The position numbers and the translations under genes were made by a program. A stretch of DNA of 64,000 nt, taken from the IMG/VR virus record IMGVR_UViG_3300027896_000015; one strand, given 5' to 3'. The notes beneath the pieces are model-generated. The model was not told the origin of the DNA, did not search any database, and saw only the letters and a list, made by a program, of their open reading frames with translations. Positions 9,320-17,608 of this stretch are shown in pieces (positions within the stretch are counted from its first letter, which is position 1; every line of letters begins with the position of its first letter). This DNA comes from an uncultured virus (IMG/VR IMGVR_UViG_3300027896_000015) (taxonomy: Duplodnaviria > Heunggongvirae > Uroviricota > Caudoviricetes).

Positions 9320-9778
9320 GTGGATATATTCGTCGTCAAGGAAGGGGAGGAGCCGCCGTCATCGTCCAGGGCCGCCAAGACGGTCCAGACGAACAGCCGC
9401 CCCGGGCAGAAGCCGGAAGCCGTATGCAAGGCCATATCCGGCATGATAGGCGTGTGGGCTCCGGCCTGTTCGCCTGACGCCGCCAAGCAGATCGGTGACG
9501 CCTGCGTCCAGGAGATGACGGAGTCGTATGCGTCCGCGATCTTCAAGGCGTCGGAGCTTGGATATCCTGGCATCATCCTGACTCCGCTTGGGACCAAGGT
9601 TGTTTCCGCAAAGGACGGCAAGGTCGTCCGCGACCTGTACTGGACTCACGTACAGAGCGCCTTGGCGGCGAAAGCGGCCGTCCAATGGGCGGCCCCATAT
9701 CTGGCGAAGGAGTTTTTGATCGTTTTTTCAGTGCCGAAAGACGCGTACACCGACTGGGACGACGCGATGAAGTTCTAG
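9320..9778 (+). CDS. hypothetical protein
   Basis: ORF downstream of promoter, SD GAGG. Confidence 0.6.
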   Translation: MDIFVVKEGEEPPSSSRAAKTVQTNSRPGQKPEAVCKAISGMIGVWAPACSPDAAKQIGDACVQEMTESYASAIFKASELGYPGIILTPLGTKVVSAKDGKVVRDLYWTHVQSALAAKAAVQWAAPYLAKEFLIVFSVPKDAYTDWDDAMKF

Positions 9779-9801
9779 GGACGGAACATAACGGTGGCGA
9801 C

Positions 9802-10335
9802 ATGGAATATCTCGTGGTCGATCTTGAAGGGACCTGCTGCGACGACGGTTCCATACCACCGGCAGAAAGAGAGACAATCGAGATCGGAGCGGTTATCGTG
9901 ACTGATGCGGGAGAAATCTCAGGAGATTTCAGCAAGCTGGTAAAGCCGGTGCGGCACCCGTCTCTTACGCGGTTCTGCACAAAACTGACCGGCATCCGGC
10001 AGCATGACGTGGACGTGGCGACGCCGTTCCCGTCCGTTTTCGGAGAGTTTCTTGCGTGGGCCGGAGACAGGAGAATGTTCTGTTCATGGGGCAAGTACGA
10101 TCTCGATCAGTTCCGAAGGGACTGTTCGTGGAATCATCTTCCGCTGCATTTCGACCGTCATGGCGACCTAGCCAGAATGTTCGGGAGGAAGGTCGGGCAC
10201 CGCAAGGCGATGAAACTGATGGGGATTGAAGCGTGTGGATCCCATCACAGGGGGTTGGATGACGCCAAGAACATCGCCGCGATTCTGGTAGCGATGCTAA
10301 GGGATGGCAGGGTCTTGAAAACGAATCTGTTGTGA
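9802..10335 (+). CDS. DEDDh 3'-5' exonuclease (ERI-1/KapD-like)
   Basis: VVDLEGTC, ETIEIGAV, LTGI, SWG.YD, HHRGLDDA. Confidence 0.9.
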   Translation: MEYLVVDLEGTCCDDGSIPPAERETIEIGAVIVTDAGEISGDFSKLVKPVRHPSLTRFCTKLTGIRQHDVDVATPFPSVFGEFLAWAGDRRMFCSWGKYDLDQFRRDCSWNHLPLHFDRHGDLARMFGRKVGHRKAMKLMGIEACGSHHRGLDDAKNIAAILVAMLRDGRVLKTNLL

Positions 10336-10365
10336 CCAAAGTTCTAGGACAAGGAGATCGCATAC

Positions 10366-10614
10366 ATGGCATTTCATCGAGAAGAACTGATTCGTCTGAG
10401 ATCAAAAGCCGAACTCGAAGCGGCAACTGACGGGATTAATCCTACGTGGCGAAGGGCTTATCTCGCGCTGGCCGACGCCGCCGACCATCTGGACGCGATG
10501 ATCGCACGCGCCAGCGTCAGCGAGTCAAAGCCGACATTGCCACCTGACATCGTGGCTAGCGGTTCGGATCGGTTCTTATCCATGGAACAGCATGTGGTTG
10601 GCGAAAAGGCGTGA
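10366..10614 (+). CDS. hypothetical protein
   Basis: SD AGGAG. Confidence 0.6.
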   Translation: MAFHREELIRLRSKAELEAATDGINPTWRRAYLALADAADHLDAMIARASVSESKPTLPPDIVASGSDRFLSMEQHVVGEKA

Positions 10615-10640
10615 CAGCTTGAACACAAAAGGAGGCTGAT

Positions 10641-11774
10641 ATGGGCATGCTAGACTTTTTGAAGAGGAAGAACGGGAAAACCTGGATGGGCGGCAGGAAG
10701 AAGACCGAGCCTCCCGCCGCGGAAGCGGAAGTCCAGAAGGCCGTCGAACCCGGCAAGCCTGCCGAGCCGGAGAAGCCTCCCGCCGCGCCCGAAGCCGACG
10801 ACTCCGTCTTCAGCTTCAAGAAGGGGGCGAAGAAAGCCGAGCAGGCGCCGGCCGAGGAGAAAGAGGACTCGAAGATCGACGCCATCCCGCTGACCGACCA
10901 GGACCAGAAGCGGCTCCGTTCCAGCGGGTACGAGAAGCGCTCGCAGGAGTTTCCTCAGACCTACGTCCTGCAGCTGGACGTCCCGAACCCGAGAGACCCG
11001 TCCAGGACGATCCGCAGGATCGCCGAAATCAAGGCGGCCAGCTCGCTGCACGCCTGCACCATGCTGGGGTGGAGGCCGAGATACGTCAAGGTGATCAGCG
11101 TCACGGGACACGACCCGAAGCCGATCGACGTGCAGATCAACGGCAGCGTCGTCCTCACGTCCGAAGTCCGCGGAGACATTCCAGAGCTGACGGCGGAGGA
11201 GAAGCAGGCCGAGGCGTACAGGGTGGAAAATCGCCTCAGAAAAAGCAAGGACGTCAAGCGGGCCATCGCCGGCAGGAAGATCGTCAAGGTTGTCACGGAC
11301 GGCGAGTTCAAGCACGTCAATTTCGTCGTCAAGGATCCGCCGCCTCCGCCGGAGCCTCCGCCGGAACCCGCTTCCGCCGCGACGGAAGCCGTCCCGCAGG
11401 CCGAAAACTCCGAGCAGGATCAGCAGGAACAGACCGCGCAGGAACCGGCTCAGGAATCCGCCGCCGCAGAGAATGTCGCGTCGGAAGCGCAGCCGCAACA
11501 AGATCGGCAGGAACCGGCACCGGAGGTTTCTGTTTCCGATTCGGTTCTGGACCCAGTTCAAGCCAAGGCGAAGGCGGCCATGCAGTATGCGTCAGACGAA
11601 AATGTCATACAGGCGATCAACGAGACTCTTGCAATTTGCGACGTGCATCAGTTAACGGAAGAAAAGAAGGAGGTCGACGATGTCAGCGATCATCAGCAAG
11701 TGCAGCAGGATATGGGGGTTCCACAAGGGCCGGAAAACGTCGATGACGTACCAGCGTCCAGTCAGCAGCAATGA
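10641..11774 (+). CDS. low-complexity protein containing a LeuRS C-terminal-domain-like module
   Basis: 11121-11333 IDVQINGSV...VKRAIAGRKIVKVV...HVNFVVK resembles the bacterial LeuRS CTD (VQVNGK...I.KVI...LVNIVV). Confidence 0.7.
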   Translation: MGMLDFLKRKNGKTWMGGRKKTEPPAAEAEVQKAVEPGKPAEPEKPPAAPEADDSVFSFKKGAKKAEQAPAEEKEDSKIDAIPLTDQDQKRLRSSGYEKRSQEFPQTYVLQLDVPNPRDPSRTIRRIAEIKAASSLHACTMLGWRPRYVKVISVTGHDPKPIDVQINGSVVLTSEVRGDIPELTAEEKQAEAYRVENRLRKSKDVKRAIAGRKIVKVVTDGEFKHVNFVVKDPPPPPEPPPEPASAATEAVPQAENSEQDQQEQTAQEPAQESAAAENVASEAQPQQDRQEPAPEVSVSDSVLDPVQAKAKAAMQYASDENVIQAINETLAICDVHQLTEEKKEVDDVSDHQQVQQDMGVPQGPENVDDVPASSQQQ

Positions 11775-11940
11775 CGCAAAGCGCGAAGGCAGGCAGCTGT
11801 TCATCCGCAGAGGCAAGAAGACCGTCCGCCTCGACGGTCCTCAGATCAGGGCTCTGAAATGCCTGCTGCGCGACGTCGGCGAGTTCGGCAACAGGATCAA
11901 CAGGCAGCGCTGCAAGATCACGGACGAGATACTGATCTAG
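11680..11940 (+). CDS. small basic hypothetical protein
   Basis: SD GGAGG; overlaps the end of the upstream ORF. Confidence 0.55.
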   Translation: MSAIISKCSRIWGFHKGRKTSMTYQRPVSSNDAKREGRQLFIRRGKKTVRLDGPQIRALKCLLRDVGEFGNRINRQRCKITDEILI

Positions 11941-11960
11941 CAATCGCGATGAAAAATGTG

Positions 11961-11989
11961 TTGACGCAGGCAGGAATTTCTGCTACCAT
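11961..11989 (+). promoter_or_regulatory. sigma70-like promoter of tRNA cluster 1
   Basis: TTGACG-17-TACCAT with TG extension. Confidence 0.75.
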
Positions 11990-12021
11990 TTGAGAACAAA
12001 CGGTGGAGAAAGAGAAAAGCA

Positions 12022-12066
12022 ATGTACACGATTCCAGAACATCGGATTGAGGAGCCCCCGCAATAG
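12022..12066 (+). CDS. leader peptide 1 (MYTIPEHRIEEPPQ)
   Basis: 14-codon ORF between promoter and terminator; codons match the downstream tRNAs. Confidence 0.75.
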   Translation: MYTIPEHRIEEPPQ

Positions 12067-12147
12067 GGCGGCCGATCGGTTGCTGTTCTGGAAAAGAACG
12101 ACAAGATGAGGCCGCCTCCAGCGGAAGCTGAGGGCGGCTTTTGTTTT
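12040..12147 (+). promoter_or_regulatory. attenuator 1 (antiterminator/terminator)
   Basis: Terminator 12110-12147 with GGAA loop and T run; 12066-12073 GGGCGGCC can pair with 5' arm GGCCGCCT. Confidence 0.75.
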
Positions 12148-12150
12148 AAC

Positions 12151-12227
12151 TGGCGCGTAGCTCAACTTGGTAGAGCAGCTCTCTGATGAGGAGCCGGTCG
12201 TGGGTTCGACTCCCGCCGCGCCAACCA
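12151..12227 (+). tRNA. tRNA-Ile(GAT)
   Basis: Cloverleaf, loop CTGATGA, encoded CCA. Confidence 0.9.
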
Positions 12228-12237
12228 TTGCGTACAT

Positions 12238-12314
12238 GTTGGCCGTAGCTCAACTGGAAGAGCGCCAGACTGTGGATCTGGCCGTTGCGGGTTCGAATCC
12301 CGTCGGTCAACCCA
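12238..12314 (+). tRNA. tRNA-His(GTG)
   Basis: G-1:C73, loop CTGTGGA, CCA. Confidence 0.95.
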
Positions 12315-12328
12315 GTTTTGATGAGGAA

Positions 12329-12405
12329 GCCTCTGTCGTCTAAATGGACAGGATTTGTGGTTCTCAGCCACAGGATTGCGGGTTCGAACCCCGCCGGAGG
12401 CGCCA
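12329..12405 (+). tRNA. tRNA-Glu(CTC)
   Basis: Loop TTCTCAG, CCA. Confidence 0.9.
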
Positions 12406-12412
12406 AAGATAC

Positions 12413-12489
12413 GACCCAGTGGACGAACTGGAAGAGTCGGCAGCCCTTCAAGCTGCAGTTTGGGGGTTCAACTCCCCTCTGGGTCGCCA
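12413..12489 (+). tRNA. tRNA-Glu(TTC), C33
   Basis: Stem GCAGC/GCTGC, loop CCTTCAA, CCA. Confidence 0.8.
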
Positions 12490-12511
12490 ACGTAAACGGA
12501 AAGGCGAAGCG

Positions 12512-12706
12512 ATGAAAACAAAATGCGACTACTGCGGGAAGGAGCCTCCGAAGCAGACCGACTGCTGGCCGACATGGTTCGGCAGATACCGGGACGGAGA
12601 ACTGGTGTCGGTGATCTGCAAGCGGTGCTTTACTGAAAACGGGAACTCGTGGGACAAGACGATTGTTTCAAGGAACAAAAAACAGGGGTTGGCCCAGTCT
12701 AGTTAG
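12512..12706 (+). CDS. small CxxC..CxxC protein inside the tRNA cluster
   Basis: MKTKCDYCG...ICKRC; 3' end overlaps tRNA-Pro. Confidence 0.5.
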   Translation: MKTKCDYCGKEPPKQTDCWPTWFGRYRDGELVSVICKRCFTENGNSWDKTIVSRNKKQGLAQSS

Positions 12707-12760
12707 GGCGCCTCCTCGGGGGGGAGGAAGTCGCCGGAGCGGAGCCGGCACCCCTGACCA
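12683..12760 (+). tRNA. tRNA-Pro(GGG), C33
   Basis: Stem CCTCC/GGAGG, loop TCGGGGG, atypical T-loop AGCGGAG, CCA. Confidence 0.8.
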
Positions 12761-12764
12761 TTTT

Positions 12765-12841
12765 CTAGGAGTAGTTCAGTTCAGGAGAACGCGGCGTTCG
12801 GGTCGCCGAGGTCGCGGGAGCGAAGCCCGCCTCCTAGACCA
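12765..12841 (+). tRNA. tRNA-Pro(CGG)
   Basis: Loop TTCGGGT, T-loop AGCGAAG, CCA. Confidence 0.85.
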
Positions 12842-12849
12842 TTTTAAAT

Positions 12850-12928
12850 CCGAGAGTAGTTCAGCCCAGTTTAGAACGTCGCGTTTGGGGCGCGAAGGCC
12901 GCGGGAGCGAAGCCCGCCTCTCGGACCA
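12850..12928 (+). tRNA. tRNA-Pro(TGG)
   Basis: Loop TTTGGGG, T-loop AGCGAAG, CCA. Confidence 0.85.
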
Positions 12929-12981
12929 TTTTGATGTACCGAGCAGGTATGACATGAAGGTTGGTGAGAAATAAATATCGC

Positions 12982-13353
12982 ATGAAAATCATCCGCATCA
13001 TCGAATCCGAAGAACAAGAAGGCTGGATCGCCGTCGACCTTGACGGAACCCTGGCCGAATTCCACAAGTACGACCCCAAAGATCACTCGATCGGCAAGCC
13101 CGTCCCGAAGATGCTGGAACGCGTCAAGAAATGGCTGGACGAGGGCAGGGACGTCCGCCTGATGACGGCCAGGGCCGCGGCCGACGAGGATCGCGACGTC
13201 CATCTCAGGCTGATCAAGGAATGGATGCTGGAGCATCTCGGCAGGACGATCCCGATCACCTGCTCCAAGGATCAGCACATGATCGAGCTTTGGGACGACA
13301 GGGCCGTGCAGGTCGTCCCGAACACCGGAGAGAGGGCGGACGGCAAGGAATAG
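12982..13353 (+). CDS. HAD-family phosphatase (polynucleotide 3'-phosphatase-like)
   Basis: IAVDLDGTLA, LMTAR, K, LWDDR motifs. Confidence 0.85.
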   Translation: MKIIRIIESEEQEGWIAVDLDGTLAEFHKYDPKDHSIGKPVPKMLERVKKWLDEGRDVRLMTARAAADEDRDVHLRLIKEWMLEHLGRTIPITCSKDQHMIELWDDRAVQVVPNTGERADGKE

Positions 13354-13373
13354 CTTCTCCGTTAAAACAGCAC

Positions 13374-13402
13374 TTGACTTCCAGCATTATTTATGGTACA
13401 TT
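13374..13402 (+). promoter_or_regulatory. sigma70-like promoter
   Basis: TTGACT-17-TACATT with TG extension. Confidence 0.65.
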
Positions 13403-13445
13403 CATCTTCATCAAACAGCAGCGAGAAAGGCGACAGGGCACCCCA

Positions 13446-13766
13446 ATGAAAAAACAAAGCGACGTGGCGGTCAAGTTCAAGCGCGACATGAAGTTCAGAT
13501 ATGCCGGCAGGGCGGCGGCTGATGCCGCCATCAAGTCCGGATCGTCATCGTTTGCGGACGCCGCCAAGAAAATCCGAAGACGTCATTGGATGGCCGGGAA
13601 CGAGTTTTTCATCCAGCTTTTCAGTTTGTGCAGGACTCGGGAAGATGTGGATGCCGCCATGTCGGCCCTCAGCCTTTATCCTCCGAAGTCGCCGACGTGG
13701 AGCTTGTGTATGGTCAACGACGCTGAAACCAGAATGGTGATGCGCGTCGCGGACGCCACATCGTAA
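13446..13766 (+). CDS. hypothetical protein, paralog 1 of 3
   Basis: Shared G..AAD.A...G ... W..G..FF..LF..C ... PPK.P. Confidence 0.75.
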   Translation: MKKQSDVAVKFKRDMKFRYAGRAAADAAIKSGSSSFADAAKKIRRRHWMAGNEFFIQLFSLCRTREDVDAAMSALSLYPPKSPTWSLCMVNDAETRMVMRVADATS

Positions 13767-13801
13767 TCGTTCGCGCCAACCCGCAAGAGGCCTGGCAGAC
13801 C

Positions 13802-14146
13802 ATGAAAAAACAGGAAAACAGGATCATCATTTTTCGAATCCCAACGCTGAAGCAAATCGGAGCGCAGCTCAAACACAACAGGAAGTTAAGAAATACTGGG
13901 AAAGCCGCTGCTGATTCCGCCATCGCCTCCGGAATATTTTCGTTTACGGAGACGGCCAAGAAGATGCGAAGACATCATTGGGTGACGGGCTACGCATTCT
14001 TCATGAGGCTTTTTGACTCCTGCAAGACTTTGCCAGAGGCAAAATCAGCTTTGGCGGCTTTTGATCTTCACCCGCCGAAATGCCCCTGGCCGATCATGTT
14101 CACGTTTCGACAAGTGGAGTCTGAGATGATGGAACGCGTTTCCTGA
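13802..14146 (+). CDS. hypothetical protein, paralog 2 of 3
   Basis: Same motif. Confidence 0.75.
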   Translation: MKKQENRIIIFRIPTLKQIGAQLKHNRKLRNTGKAAADSAIASGIFSFTETAKKMRRHHWVTGYAFFMRLFDSCKTLPEAKSALAAFDLHPPKCPWPIMFTFRQVESEMMERVS

Positions 14147-14192
14147 TGGCGCATCTTGTGGACGTTAGCGTGTCAGCTGCGGGGATTGTGAT

Positions 14193-14552
14193 ATGGTGAT
14201 CCCAATGAAAGCAAAGAACATACGGAGAAAGTCTCCAGAAATTACCGAGAAATATGTCGCCGAACTGCGTCGCAGGAACGTCCGTCATCGCGAATCCGGG
14301 ACGAATGCCGCTGACGCCGCCGTCCGTTTCGGCGTGTTCGCATACAGCCGAGCGTCACAGGCGTTACGCAATAGAAGCTGGGTAGCGGGATACGCATTTT
14401 TCCGCAGGCTATTCGAGTCCTGCAGAAACAAGCGTCAATTCGTCGCCGCATGCGAGGCCTTCGACAGGCATCCGCCGAAGTGTCCCCCGCCAATGATGGC
14501 TATCTTGAGGTCGGCCGCCGCGGACGCCGCTGCGGCCGCCGGCTGTCGCTAG
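14193..14552 (+). CDS. hypothetical protein, paralog 3 of 3
   Basis: Same motif. Confidence 0.75.
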   Translation: MVIPMKAKNIRRKSPEITEKYVAELRRRNVRHRESGTNAADAAVRFGVFAYSRASQALRNRSWVAGYAFFRRLFESCRNKRQFVAACEAFDRHPPKCPPPMMAILRSAAADAAAAAGCR

Positions 14553-15730
14553 GACGCCTGTCCCATTTGGATCAAGGCGGTCGCGTCTTCGTCGTCTATC
14601 AGCCTGCCTTGGTCGAAGCCCTCGGAAAAGGCCGTCTCCAGCATGGCATTGATGTTCTCGTTCTTGACCTGGGCGGCGGCCAGCCTCTGCATCATCTCCT
14701 GGGATGATCGTACGCGTTCCGTCATGTTGGTGAGTATCTTGTTCGCATACGGCTTCATGTCTATATGGACGACCATCGTCTGCGCATGCCAGTCGCCAGG
14801 AACCTTCCCCTTCTGATTAACGACGCGGCGGAGGTCGAATTTTTCCTCGTGATCCCTGATCTTGTCGGCAAGCTCCTTGAGTTCCTCTCCCAAACCCAGG
14901 TTTGCCATGACGCCAGACACCTCGCTGCGCTTGGTCAGTTCGAACGTCTTCTTTTTCGGGGATATGACATAGTTGGATGACTCCTCGTTCGTTATGTCCG
15001 AGAACCACCGGATGGCGTTCATCAGCGTCGCGACCTCGGCGCCGGTGACGTGCAGGTGGTAGACGGTCTCCCAGTTGCCGTGCTGCGCCCCGACGGACTT
15101 GATCCATCCGCTGCCGTTCCTGGCGATGAACCCAGCCGCGTTCAGCATGCGCACAATCTGGTCTGCGTTCGTCGGCGTCCTGGCGGCGTATTGCTGAGCC
15201 GGAGCGTATACGTGCCGTTCAGACGGCTTGTCGATGCGGGCGCGAATGAGCCCTGTGAACTCCCCTTGCAGTTCGTTCATGGCGATGCCGTTCATGGTCG
15301 GCACGAGGTGCGGCTTGCTGGGATGGAAAACGAACGAGGTTCCGAGGCGGAACTTTCTGTCGGCCGCAATGTACGGATCGACAGCCGTGCGGAATTTCGG
15401 CGACACCCTGTACAACTGGAAGAAGGCGTCGTGCACGATCGCCTGCGCTTCGCTGTCGTCCACCGCCACGTTGTTGACGCGCAGCGTGGCGTCGTCCCCT
15501 TGCTTGAAAGCTATGGCGTTCGACAGGGCCTGTTCGTCAAAAGACCCTGGGATGCCGTTGGCGGCCTGAGTTTCGGCAGCCGGCGCTTCGGCGGCCGACT
15601 TATGCAACCCTTGAGCCGACGACGTCAGAATCCTGCTCTGCAGCCAGCCTGTTTTCAGGCCGAGAAACTTCCAAAACGTCCGCGACATGGTCAGCCTCTT
15701 TCCGTCCTTTGAAACCGCTATCTTGATCAT
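14549..15730 (-). CDS. hypothetical protein (probable virion-associated)
   Basis: 393-aa ORF coupled to the radical SAM gene; N-terminus similar to that of 5733-6620. Confidence 0.75.
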   Translation of the reverse strand: MIKIAVSKDGKRLTMSRTFWKFLGLKTGWLQSRILTSSAQGLHKSAAEAPAAETQAANGIPGSFDEQALSNAIAFKQGDDATLRVNNVAVDDSEAQAIVHDAFFQLYRVSPKFRTAVDPYIAADRKFRLGTSFVFHPSKPHLVPTMNGIAMNELQGEFTGLIRARIDKPSERHVYAPAQQYAARTPTNADQIVRMLNAAGFIARNGSGWIKSVGAQHGNWETVYHLHVTGAEVATLMNAIRWFSDITNEESSNYVISPKKKTFELTKRSEVSGVMANLGLGEELKELADKIRDHEEKFDLRRVVNQKGKVPGDWHAQTMVVHIDMKPYANKILTNMTERVRSSQEMMQRLAAAQVKNENINAMLETAFSEGFDQGRLIDDEDATALIQMGQAS

Positions 15731-16536
15731 GATTTTCTCCCCCTTCTTTGTCTCCTGTTGAACGACCTAAACTGGCGTCTCCACGTCCTCGACAGCAGGT
15801 CCTTGTCGCACTTGGCGACATAGAGCTGGTAGAAGCCGCACTTGGGGCAGACGTCCTTGAACTGTGCGATCATCGATTCCACTGTGACGTCCCCGATATC
15901 CTTGACGGCGATGTCCAGGCCGAAGACCCTGGCGATGCCCGCCGCTATGCTGCAGCAATAGAAGCCCCTGTAGTCGTATCCCAGGCCGCACAGGCGGCCT
16001 CCGAGATGGCACCCCTTATAGTCGTGCTTCCGGCTCATCTTAGGGTCGTCCACGGGCGCCAGGCAGACGGCATACCGGTGTTCCCGAGGCTTCTCCTTCA
16101 TTGTGTCCAAGACGACCAGGTCGGGGTACTGCTTGAGCATCCTTTCGACCTTCTCAAAATGGACCGGATGATGGTAGGTGTAGGTCCCGGAGTAGCATTT
16201 CGGATTGTACAGCCTTTTGTACCGCATGATCGCGTGGATCAGATCCTCGAACCTCGGATGCATGGTCGGCTCGCCCCCGGTCAGGGTGATGCGCGTCCAT
16301 ATCCGTCCGGTCTTGCCGCATTTCTCCAGCATGGCGGCCAGGACGTCAGGATCGACGTCCTCGTTGTGGCCAGCCGGCGCCAAGCTCGTGAAGCGGTTGC
16401 AGTTCGGGCATCTCCGGTCGCAGACGTAGGTGGTCTCGACCTTCAGGTGGGGCATCCGGGGCGTGTAGTACCCCTCCGCCTCGACGTACGGCCTGTCAAG
16501 ACAGGGGCGGAATACAATAGGCTGTCGCGATCGCAT
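15727..16536 (-). CDS. radical SAM protein
   Basis: CDRRCPNC (CxxxCxxC), LTGGEPTMHP, C-terminal Cys cluster. Confidence 0.9.
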   Translation of the reverse strand: MRSRQPIVFRPCLDRPYVEAEGYYTPRMPHLKVETTYVCDRRCPNCNRFTSLAPAGHNEDVDPDVLAAMLEKCGKTGRIWTRITLTGGEPTMHPRFEDLIHAIMRYKRLYNPKCYSGTYTYHHPVHFEKVERMLKQYPDLVVLDTMKEKPREHRYAVCLAPVDDPKMSRKHDYKGCHLGGRLCGLGYDYRGFYCCSIAAGIARVFGLDIAVKDIGDVTVESMIAQFKDVCPKCGFYQLYVAKCDKDLLSRTWRRQFRSFNRRQRRGRKS

Positions 16537-16608
16537 ATACTATGTTTCTCAGAAAGGCCGGGCTTTTCCCTTGCGTTTTTCATCCCGGATGTGGTACGAT
16601 GCTGCCGA

Positions 16609-17166
16609 ATGGACATTCCGTCTAAGACTGTCATGGAGCTCAGGAAAAGGACGGGTCTTCCCGTGATGGACTGCAAAAGGGCGCTGCAGCAGTCCCAAGG
16701 GAACTCAGCCCAGGCGATCATTCTGCTCCGCAGCCAAGGGCACAGGGTCTCGCCCGCCGGAGACCAAGGATCCTCCGGGTTCGGCATGATCGCCATGTAC
16801 AACCATTTCTTCGGGAAGATCGGGGCCATGGTCGAGGTCAGATGCCAGACGGACTTCGCCGCCAAGACGCCGGAGTTCATCAAGCTGTGCAACCACATCG
16901 CCATGCACGTCGCCTGGGCCAAGCCCAAGCACATATCGAGGGACGACGTCCCCCCGGCCGTCATCGAATGCATGGTGGGGGAATTCCAGGAGGTCTTCGA
17001 GAAATACTGTTCGGAAGCCTGCCTGATGGACCAGCTTGAGATGAAGGCCAGCCAGGGCACGAAAACGATCGGCCAGATGATCGCCGAGGAGTCGCACAGG
17101 CTGGGGGAGAAGATCACAGTGGTGCGGTTTTCCAGATTCGCTCTGGGGGAATCCGATGCCCATTGA
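16609..17166 (+). CDS. tsf: short-type translation elongation factor Ts
   Basis: ELRKRTGLPVMDCKRAL, VEVRCQTDFAAK, IAMHVA..P, LGEKITVVRFSRFALGE; promoter TTGCGT-18-TACGAT at 16571-16600. Confidence 0.92.
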   Translation: MDIPSKTVMELRKRTGLPVMDCKRALQQSQGNSAQAIILLRSQGHRVSPAGDQGSSGFGMIAMYNHFFGKIGAMVEVRCQTDFAAKTPEFIKLCNHIAMHVAWAKPKHISRDDVPPAVIECMVGEFQEVFEKYCSEACLMDQLEMKASQGTKTIGQMIAEESHRLGEKITVVRFSRFALGESDAH

Positions 17167-17608
17167 CGCCAAAACAGCCGCCCAGATGCGCGACTTCGCT
17201 TTCGGTAAGCCGAAGGAGAAGCCTGTTCAGGCCGTCGACAGCCGCCATGTTCTGCTGTCGGCCTGCGCCATGGCCGTCCAAAAGATGTCCGCGTCGTCCG
17301 ATCCCGCGAAAGCGGCGCGGGAGATGCATGTCAGGGTCCGCGAAGGAGGACTGAACGAGTTCTTCAAGCTGCTGCGCGAACTGGGGTCGTCCTGCAGCGA
17401 CGACGCCTTCGTCTTGGCTGACGCCGTAAACGAGGACGCCCGATCGTCGTTCTTGAAGTCCGTCGTCCTGCTGTCAGTCAAGGACATGGAGGAGTTCCTG
17501 GAGTGGATGCTGTCGATTGTCTCCAAATTGGAGACGGCTGATATTCCTCCTATCGGAGCCAAGCAGAAGCCCGTATGCGAATGGAGCGACCATGAGCCGG
17601 CTGGCTGA
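17156..17608 (+). CDS. hypothetical protein
   Basis: Overlaps the tsf stop. Confidence 0.65.
   Translation: MPIDAKTAAQMRDFAFGKPKEKPVQAVDSRHVLLSACAMAVQKMSASSDPAKAAREMHVRVREGGLNEFFKLLRELGSSCSDDAFVLADAVNEDARSSFLKSVVLLSVKDMEEFLEWMLSIVSKLETADIPPIGAKQKPVCEWSDHEPAG

Noticed and set aside
12413..12489. Reading as an opal suppressor or tRNA-Sec (TCA)
   Set aside because: The 5-bp stem and 7-nt loop centre the anticodon on TTC; there is no long Sec arm, and C33 is common in this genome.
15748..16608. N-terminal extension of EF-Ts (472-aa ORF)
   Set aside because: Antisense to the radical SAM gene; promoter and homology indicate a start at 16609.
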